Positions 55,404 to 64,000 of a DNA stretch of 64,000 nt are shown in pieces (position 1 is the stretch's first letter; each line of letters opens with the position of its first letter). This DNA comes from Haliotis cracherodii (Eukaryota). The position numbers and the translations under genes are program-made. The DNA is taken from positions 17,112,001-17,176,000 of the forward strand of contig NW_027266270.1 of assembly GCF_022045235.1 (NCBI RefSeq), written 5' to 3'. Below the pieces are notes generated by a model. The model worked only from the letters and a program-made list of their open reading frames with translations. It was not told where the DNA came from and did no database searches.

Positions 55404-58400
55404 GTTTCAACATTAAGCACGATGGCTAATTCAGTGTATCAGATAGGCTTGCCATGGAGGTTTTATGTATACCATAAACAGCTAAGAGAAGGCGTGGATC
55501 AATGAGAAGACCGAAAGATAGACTCAGAAATATGAGATTACTGCCTTGGAATACACGGATTCCGTTGCGAACATGATAGGCGTGTGGGATTAAACTGCCC
55601 ATATCTCCCGTTATTGGTGTAGTAGTTAGTTTGCTGTTCGTGTTTTCCCTACTTAAGAAAAAGTTAGTATGGTTTTACAGCTCTTTTAGCAATATCACGA
55701 CGGGGGACACCAGAAATGGGCTTCACACATTGTACTCATCTGGGGAATCGAATCCGGGTCTTAACCGTGTTGACCACTAGGCTACCCCACCGCCACCCCC
55801 TTACCCCTTTCGACGTAAGAGAGCACAATTCTGTCCACTCTCTTGCTAGCTAGTCTCCGAGGTCCGTGCTTCACGTTTTAACAGCTCAGCGTGCCAATGT
55901 AGTCAAGTCAGACAACGCCTATACAGTAAAACAAACGGCCAACATTCTAGCTGAGCACTTCTAATCAGTCTGCAGCACAATTTGCAGCACAGAATTCCAA
56001 CAGGACAAAATGCTTATGTCTAAGGTATCAAATCAGCCGCACGGCAAGCATGTGGTGTACAATATGCCAAACACTTACCAACCTATCTCACTCACTTCAA
56101 ACATGTGCACAGCTATGGAAGCCATGGTTACAAAAAGGGTCATCCACCATCTTGAAACCTTACAAACATCAAACCTGATGAAAGCGGCTTCAGGGGGGAG
56201 ACTTAAGTCTAGATCATATACTAAGACTGGAAAATGAATAAAATCGGCTCAATTAAACAGACAATACTTAGTCGCAGTATTTCTGCACTTCAGCATCGCC
56301 TACGACATGGTATGGCATGACGGAGTCCTCCCCAAATTAGCACAAAATGGAGTAGAAGGGTACATGGCAAACTTTATAGACAGCTTCCTGCAAGATAGGT
56401 CGCTATCAGTGATGCTCTGTCAATGAACCACGCCACTCAGCATCAAATACTGTCTTGAGCTACCTCGACAGGATACGATACAAAGCCCTTAAGCTGGCCA
56501 CAGGTGCAACAACAGGTACTTCACTTGAAGCAATACAATTAGAAACAGGAGAACTCCCACTGAAAGCAATAATAGTGCAGGCAGCATGATATCGTTCTGG
56601 AGACGAACATCAAACCCTTTGGTTTAAAAAGATATGTTATGGCAAAAACACCCGAGATGAAGCCCTAGCTTTTGAGGGAAAGATCCCTCACAAAAGCTGA
56701 GATAGTAGTACGTGAACTCACCCGAAGTCACAATTGTGTTGGGATTCAGGCTCCAAGAAGTCTCTACAAAGAATTACATACCCCCTTGGACTATACAAAC
56801 TCGAACAGTTGACACTGCTTTAAAACCAGTAGTCACTAAAATAGAAAACCCAAGTTGAACTTTAATATGATGTGTAGCTGTCACTTAACTTCAAACTACC
56901 TGGGACAGATGGGCCCATTTATACTCCAATGGGGGATATTGAGCTAACTGGAAACTAACCGCTTAGCCAACCTTTGTGATAGCTTGTATACAGCTGCTTG
57001 CTGCTTGTACACTCGTTCATTGATTATTCATCAGTGATCATTGTATGTGAGTGAGTGAGTCGGGTTTAACGCCGCTTTTAAAAGTATTCCAGTTATATCA
57101 CGGCGTGTCAGCTTAATGTGGGAGGAAAGCCCGAAGTGATACAGGTCTCAGACGTTTACCACTTCGGTGAAACCCACCGGTTTTGTGCTGACAAACCTAG
57201 AAACATAATTGTGGAGAACGGTGATTCGAACCCACAATCATAGGTTTCTGGCTTTCCCAAGGAATGCAACTCTGCACAGCGAAACGCGGCGCCTTAGACG
57301 ACTGGGCCACCCGTGTCCCCTTTTATTTTTTAAACATACAATTTGATTTCAAACATTTAATAATAAAAACAAAACCTTTTCGCATATTACACAACTGCTG
57401 ATAGGCACCTTAGACATGTTATCTTTGCAAATCCTTAAATTTGCTTTTTTGGGGGACAAATTTACATTTCAAACAGTAGGGGCCAGTTGATTGCAAATTC
57501 ATTTCTTACCCCAGTCTTAATTGAACTAATTTAATTTTACAAAAACATGCCCAGCTACAGATTACTTTTTACAAACAGTTGCAGGAATTAGTGATGGTTA
57601 AATAGACATAATCAACTTTAACAACAGCTCTTTCAACTTTCAATTACATAAACAATAAATTTGGTATACTCTCTTTTCCCTCGTCCCCAGTTTATAACCG
57701 TAAGTGGTTATAACTTTCTTAATAAGGTAACTAGAGGAAAAGTACTCTGCTTTATATTTGTCACTTGATATGGTGTAAGAAACAATATATACATCTTTGA
57801 TCCTCTTTGTTGAAATTCTAATAACTCAATATCAAAGACTCCTCGTGAGAATATTAATCCATTTTCAATATTTACTTTAACAAAAATGAACGAATAGAAG
57901 TTTAATGCAATAGAAAAGAATGAATAACGGTTTGTACGAATTCTCAAAAAGGCAGTGTCAAGTCTTTCTTTTTCTGTAGGCGATTGTTATGTGTGGTATT
58001 TGCAAGGCAGATAGTGTAATTAGGTTGCCGATATTTTGACGTATGTATAATGGACAAATAATCTAGTTACACAATCATTTAGAGCTAGATATGCCACAGA
58101 ATCGATATCACAGAACACCGTCGCATACGAACTGACAGATTTACCCAGGGTTACAGAGCGGTGGGGTAGCCTAGGGGTTAAAGCGGTGACCAGGTGTACA
58201 ATGAGTGAAGCCCATATTGCCGTGATATTGATGGAATATTGGTAAAAGCGGCGTAAAACTATACTCAATCACACAGTGTTTAAACCCGGGTCGACTACCT
58301 TTTTAGAGCTACACCATGCCTGGGTTGTTGAACCATGCATGAGCGGTTTCTCAGTGCAAACCATGTAGTCACCGACCCGTATAATCTGTTTTGGAGAGAC

Positions 58401-61400
58401 CGTCTGTGGACATAGGGGCGTTTGGGTAGGGACAACGTGAATAGCAGTGTATTTAATTCATATTCTTAGTAATGGGATAAGACTAAAATAAAGTGGGGTT
58501 TTTCAATCAAGAAATCTCAGTGAAATATGACAGTTTGACAAAATAGATATTAATAGTAGAAAATAGATTCAATTTTAATTTCGTGCACCCCTGTTCACAG
58601 TAAAATGGGTTGATCCACATGCCTACTTTGACCAACAATATCTAAATTCATTGCATAATCTACATTTCGAATATCTTGAGTCCCCATTTGAATTATTGTA
58701 AACTTGGTTTTGTTGTGCCCTTGAGACTCACGTGAATGATCTCTGATGTAGTTGATATACATGTCGCGTCGTTCAAATATAATATTTGTAAAACAAGTTA
58801 GATATTCAAGTGAGTGAGTATGGTTTTACGCCGCTTTTAGCAATATTCCAGGAATATTACGGCGGGGGACACCAGAAATGGGCTTCACACATTGTACCCA
58901 TGTCGGGAATCGAACCCGTGTCATACCAAGTAACGTTAAAAGATTGCATTTGTTGTTACCCTGCCTGGCGCTCGGCATTAAAGGGAAACAACTTTTAAAG
59001 GTTTTGAAATATTGCTCGGAAGTTTCTTCTCGGATTCAAAACTTGGACAATAATCTCTACGGGTTTGACTTGTGTTCGGCGCTATTCTCGCTGGGCTGCG
59101 TGAAGCAGCATCTATCGGAGGATCGAACAATGAGAAGCCGATACAATGGATATACAATAAAGAGCTGCACCCAAACTGACATTTGTTTTTGTTGTTGAGT
59201 AATATATACACGATTTGAAAGACTAACGCTATCGGTCAACATTATATTATGCACAGTACAAAATACGCAGTATTACTTCAGAGAATTCAGGTAAACGAAC
59301 AGGTGCACGTGATAACAAACTTGGTCAATAAAAAAACTGAAATAGAAATTTCAGGTACAGTATCACTAGACATGATGATTGATCGTTTAATTGTATTTTC
59401 TGTTCTGTTAGACATTGTTTTAAACGCAGGGATTAAGATTACCTTAAATGATTACCTCGTAAATTAAGCCGGAACTAACAAGAAGCTGTACACACCTGTT
59501 CTCCTAATATCCCGATGGGAGTGAGTGAGTGAGTATGGTTTTACGCCGCTTTTAGCAATATTCCAGCAATATCAAGGCGGGGGACACCAAAAATGGGCTT
59601 CACACATTGTACCCATGTCGGGAATCGAACCCGGGTCTTCGGCGTGACGAGCGAACGCTTTAACCACTAGGCTACCCGACCGCCCCCCCGATGGGATATC
59701 AAATACCCAATAATATAACTCCAAAGAATTTTGATGCAATGATCTTAGGAATTGTATCTGAAACTATTATTTTATCAAAAATAATATATTCCAATATCGA
59801 GTTATTAGTTGCAGCTTTTAGTATATAATATTCAAATGATAATTACCATAAGCGTAGCACTTTGGAACAACTTATTGTTGTTGCCGGATATGTTTTCGTA
59901 GGATACAATTTGATTAATCGCCGTTTCGGCCTCCTGCATTCTTGCTACAGCAAATGGAAGAAAGCAAAATGCGAATATCGTAATGGCAACCGACAAAAGT
60001 TATGTGTTTTATATCAGGGAGTTGCCTTGTACGTGGAATGTATCCGTCAACATCCAGTTAAAGGAACAGTATCCTTTACATCTGAAGCTGTACAAAGAAA
60101 CATGTTCGATGCCACCTGTGTTTGTGACCATCTAATATTTCAATATGCTTGATTGACTCAATTACTGACAGGCAGCACAAAAACATATGTCAAGTTTTAA
60201 ATTCTTCTCGTACATATGTCAAGTTTCAAATTCTTCTCGTACATATGTCAAGTTTCAAATTCTTCTCGTACATATGTCAAGTTTCAAATTCTTCTCGTAC
60301 ATATGTCAAGTTTCAAATTCTTCTCGTACATATGTCAAGTTTCAAATTCTTCTCGTACATATGTCGTTTCAAATTCTTCTTGTACATATGTCAAGTTTCA
60401 AATTCTTCTCGTACATTTGTCAAATTTCAAATTCTTCTCGTACATATTTCAAGGATTTGATCAGATTTCGAATTCTCGATTAAGTACGTATCATATACTG
60501 TTTGTACCTTTTTCCATGATATACAGAAGGTGTGTTGTGATACCTAATTTACTTTGAATATCTTTTTTTTAACCAGATGTCTCTGGCCTTAACAGCAAAC
60601 TTCGTAGTCCTCTGGTCCCCGTATGCCTTCGTTTGCCTATGGTCGGTTTATGACCCAAATCTTCCTAACTGGATCACCGTGTGGCCTACAATGTTTGCTA
60701 AGTTCACCTGTACACTCAACCCTATTTTGTACTTCATGACGCATCCGACTTTCAAGCGACACGTAATGGCATTGTTTCCTCAAGCAAGAGACCGACCTTC
60801 AACAAGCGGCCAAGAAATGCGCCCCCTGAGGTAAACTCTCCTTCATATGAACCAGACAATCACTTTGGTTTGCAGATCAGTCAGTCACGCTTTAGTCAAT
60901 ATCCAAAACAGAAAATACTTGTGTCCAGTATCTATTCAGTACGGTGGCCTATAAGGGACAAAGAGTCAATATTTTGATATTTCACCTACTTTTTCAAATT
61001 AACACAATTTGTCAGGCCTTTTCGTTTATGTTTTTGACATTTTCGTTTTTGTTTTTGACATTTTCGCTTCACTTTTCAGCGATTCAATATCTACTTTATA
61101 CATGATTTATCACATATTTGTATGACAAATCGTGTTAATTTGCAAAAGGTTACGATAAAAGTAAGTGAACTATCAAAATATTGAAAAACAGACCCCATGT
61201 CCCTTATGGGCCACCGTAATTCAGAGAGAGAATGAATGGATGTCAACTTCTTTATCATGAGGAACAAATTGTACCAGGCTACATGATTACTCCTTCATCG
61301 GGTGAATGAATGCTATGAAGCAGTGAGCATACATGTGATAAGATGTGATAAAAGTAATAAGATAGCACAGGTGGAAACATTAACAATCGAAGTCAACATC

Positions 61401-62259
61401 TATCGATGGGTACAATGAGTGAAGCCTATTTCTGGTGTCCCTTGCCGTGATATTCCTAGAATATTGCTAAAAGCGGCGTAAAACCATACTCACTCACACA
61501 GTGACCGGGTCGTCTAATTTTTAGAGCTTCGCTACGCCTGGGTTGTCTAACCATGCATGACTGGTTTCTCCGTGGCTCGGCGTAATCCGTGGAGTCACTG
61601 ATCCGTATAATCTGTTTGGGAGAGACTATCTATGGGCATATGTGTGTTGGGACAACTTATATTTTAAGATGGATATTAAAAAACAGCGTAGTTATTCAAA
61701 TTCTTTGTAATGGAATACAATTAATTAAAGGTGTATTTTTCAATAAAGAAACATTAGTGAAAAAAGATAGTTTGACAATATAGAGATTAATAGTAGATAA
61801 TAGAATTTTTTTCTATATGACTCCTTGTAAGTGCAATACTTCACACCACAGGTAGGTAGACCGGATTTACTTTATTTTTCAATAGCCACTGTGGATGTCA
61901 CATTATCCTCCTATACTACGATAAATTAATCAAGCTGGCTTCCATTTATCCATTGCTAATTACCAATTATTTTAACTTGTACCAAAACACATGTGCAAAC
62001 AAATTCAACTTGAATAATTATTTATTAAACTGGCAGTTGGATTAAGGAAAAGCGAGTACCGGAACGTGACAGTCAAGCGTTCGGCCACTTGGCCAATGAA
62101 AACTTCACATTAAAAAAGTATTTTGTGGCAATTTTCAAGGTTTTATAATAAATTTCTTTTTTTTATATCTTTTTTTTCAGAGCAAGCAGAGTATTTACAA
62201 CGGACCGGAACAAGGAAGATGTTTATACGGGGAAGAAACATCATCTACAAGACATGTAA
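47338..62259 (+). CDS. Peropsin-like (group-4/tetraopsin) opsin, about 363 aa; join(47338..47449, 50866..51159, 53312..53664, 60577..60830, 62181..62259)
   Basis: 7TM class-A motifs GNxLV, NLVISDLGISLFGYP, GC, YEPFGTSCSIDW, WSPYAFVCLW, PTMFAK (retinal Lys296 equivalent), NPILY; intron phases 1,1,0,2 give a continuous frame of 1092 nt; start codon and last exon are less certain. Confidence 0.85.
48371..48880. mobile_element. Penelope-like retroelement fragment
   Basis: GIY-YIG C-terminal-like KPSMNRDQGYYIPPAY at about 48600-48670; inverted pLTR-like pieces with CTTGATAA...CGAAAC. Confidence 0.55.
48900..49670 (+). mobile_element. 3' fragment of an I-group LINE with RNase H and Cys/His knuckle
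   Basis: ILTDSLSGLQAL and FLWIPAHVGIYGNENADKAAK; downstream CPHCKQLETPEHALIHC. Confidence 0.85.
51290..51990 (+). mobile_element. CR1-type LINE 3' relic in opsin intron 2
   Basis: CKCGYHFEDAFHFLLTC motif near 51550. Confidence 0.5.
52001..52227. mobile_element. Fold-back/MITE element with about 45-bp imperfect terminal inverted repeats
   Basis: AAAAATATGAACACAA..TTTAGAAAGTGGTCAAATGTAA versus TTACATTTGACCACTTGCTAAA..TGTGTTCATATTTTT. Confidence 0.7.
53895..54098. other. Assembly gap (204 N) in opsin intron 3
   Basis: N run. Confidence 0.99.
54684..54963. repeat. 67-bp minisatellite, about 4 copies
   Basis: TGATCGGTCGAATGTCAAGACTG... recurs every 67 bp. Confidence 0.9.
55890..56860 (+). mobile_element. 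Degenerate LINE RT fragment (I/Nimb-like)
   Basis: YQPISLTSNMC, AYDMVWHDG, ALKLATGA motifs with stops. Confidence 0.65.
59520..59686 (-). mobile_element. SINE family 1 copy, near-consensus
   Basis: Flanking repeat CCCGATGGGA. Confidence 0.85.
60183..60455. repeat. 29-bp minisatellite (TACATATGTCAAGTTTCAAATTCTTCTCG)n
   Basis: About 9 copies, no spacers. Confidence 0.92.
60940..61218. mobile_element. MITE with terminal inverted repeats and TA ends (Tc1/mariner type)
   Basis: TACGGTGGCCTATAAGGGACA ... TGTCCCTTATGGGCCACCGTA (20/21 match). Confidence 0.8.
62181..62259 (+). CDS. Probable terminal opsin exon (ASRVFTTDRNKEDVYTGKKHHLQDM stop)
   Basis: Strong polypyrimidine tract plus CAG at 62180; phase matches AG|GTAAAC donor at 60831; alternatively the protein stops at TAA 60832-60834. 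Confidence 0.5.
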
Positions 62260-62559
62260 TGCTACCCTCTCTCTTTGGTGCAACGCACTCCGGATATAAC
62301 GAACCTCTGATATTCCGAACTCATAGTTATGAAGGTTATCAGGTATTTTCAAATTAATAAGAACTAAACTTTGTTCATTTCAACAACTCAATCGTTAGGA
62401 CTTTAGACAACACTAAATACATGGGTAAGCATGTCCAAAAAGGCTAATTTGAGAGGTTTTCATGGACTTCCTAAGTCTGTCATACAGACCCTGAAACACA
62501 TATATCCAGTCGAGCTCATGTATTATTTTAATGTACTGATTGATTTAAAAAAAAAAAAA

Positions 62560-63670
62560 CAGCAAAGAGGGTTTGGGTGACCCTGGCACAGTCAGGCTGG
62601 TGAGGCTAATCATTAAATCAGGGCCTTGCCCCCTATACACGCAGCACAGACAGCGAATGGGACTTCTCCCAGGAAACGCTGCCTAGTCAAACCCACTCAG
62701 GACTTTTCGTTTAATGTGAAGACTCCCCAACACTGCAGCCTTCTGCATTACCCAGATTGTCAGAAGGACTGTATTCCTGGTAGCAAACCCGGATACTATC
62801 CCAATGTCAGTCAACAGATTGGGAGGTACCAAACCTAAAGCATCAAGAACAATGGGGAGTCGGATAACTTGGTACTTTGGATACAAGCGTGACATTTCGA
62901 AAGTGAGTTCCGCAAATGTTTTTCCTAAATCTTGTCATTCACATTAGTGTCAAAAAGAACAGAAAATGCAATGATATTTCATTGGATTTATAAAAAAAAG
63001 GACAAGATCAGGTTTGTTGGATATATACGGGCCTATTGCAAAGCATTTTGTATTTATCATTTCCATGACGCCCTCTACATATTCCGGGTCGTGCTATGGA
63101 TGGACTTCTGTGTCAAAACAGCAAGCATAGTCTCCCCTTGATTCTGGGCCGATTTGACACGGCACTTCTCTTTGTTGACATTCATTTCTGTACAGTCCAG
63201 CAGTACATAATTATCAACAAAATAAACATTGACACTGAGATTCAATCACATTAAAATCAGATCTTAGTTCTCGCTGGCGCTATACAAAGATCAGAGGACA
63301 TCCCATTACAGGTCACGTCAGACCGACCTTTCGCGAACTCTGACCGACCAATGGAATTACTGACAAGAAGTTGATATTAGCCAATCAGAAGGCAGCTTTC
63401 TCGTGCTTTACGGCACTAATTTCAAATTGGCGACTACGCTTCGAAACATATTTATTAAACGTGATTATCTTGTTTCGTCCAATCAACAACACCAAAAGAA
63501 TATGAAAGGACGGGTACATCATAAATATTAGTGGCTTTGACCATTTTGTGAGCGTTCAGCTCTGAACTCCAGATTTTCTTAACTCTAAGTTTGTACTGTG
63601 CCCGAAGTGTTTCCATGTTATGGGCATTCTGGCGTTTTTCCCTAACCTGCATCCCTAAGTACGAATATGC
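62560..63670 (-). mobile_element. Fragments of an R4/Dong-like non-LTR element (RT end and restriction-like endonuclease end)
   Basis: RVKKIWSSELNA...PVLSYSFGVVDWT (63455-63652) and PIVLDALGLVP...QKAAVLGSLHIKRKVL (62683-62895). Confidence 0.6.
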
Positions 63671-64000
63671 CTGACCTTCACCGAGATGGCCAATAACTCC
63701 TATCCCAGATATACTGACTAATCCTCCCTATTCTACCTTGCCACTGTTTGAATGAGAATGTTGCATTTCCCGAGTCCAAATGACACGCCCATATCACAAG
63801 AAAAGGACTCGACAATGAGAATCTGTATTTTAGTGTGGAATCTCCATTGGCAATAAGTTCAAGGTCACCTGCAGTACCGCCAGATCTGTTGTCTGACATT
63901 GGGAGAGTACCCGGGTTTGCTGATGATGAGCCTAACAATCATGAATGTGCCAGTATCACCCAAATCCTCTTTGCTGCATTTATTTATTTTGATCTGTAAA

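Noticed and set aside
60183-60455. CRISPR-like 29-bp repeats (also the 17-, 67- and 73-bp arrays)
   Set aside because: Head-to-tail units with no unique spacers, eukaryotic context, no cas genes

Overview
Animal genomic DNA, AT-rich with spliceosomal introns and many tRNA-derived SINEs. It is probably a mollusc (abalone-like gastropod), judged from the SINE families and the opsin type; this is inference. (1) 1.5-27.6 kb: three tandem copies of a head-to-head two-gene cassette. Each has gene A (- strand, 118 aa) and gene B (+ strand, 114-124 aa), with a predicted compact bidirectional promoter (two outward-facing TATA boxes about 170-185 bp apart, each followed by a short non-coding exon). Both genes encode secreted prepro-proteins: signal peptide, pro-region, KR cleavage site, then an acidic Tyr/Gly-rich core with no Cys. 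A and B share the motif YG-x3-V-x4-D-[YH]-GY, then a phase-0 intron, then x6-G, so they look like ancient paralogues co-expressed as a pair. I do not recognise either protein, and this is the main candidate for an undescribed system. (2) 32.8-36.9 kb: a decayed LINE with ORF1 and endonuclease-RT. (3) 37.5-42.7 kb: a CAC/ACC-rich low-complexity satellite. (4) 43-62 kb: a 5-exon peropsin-like opsin gene of about 363 aa, with retinal-binding Lys and several atypical motifs. Its promoter plus first exon is duplicated, and the second copy is flanked by an 18-bp direct repeat inside a dead LINE. The rest is SINEs, LINE/Penelope/Tc1/R4-like relics, MITEs, minisatellites and one 204-N assembly gap. 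Gene models were spliced by hand from GT-AG signals; no expression data or database searches were available.
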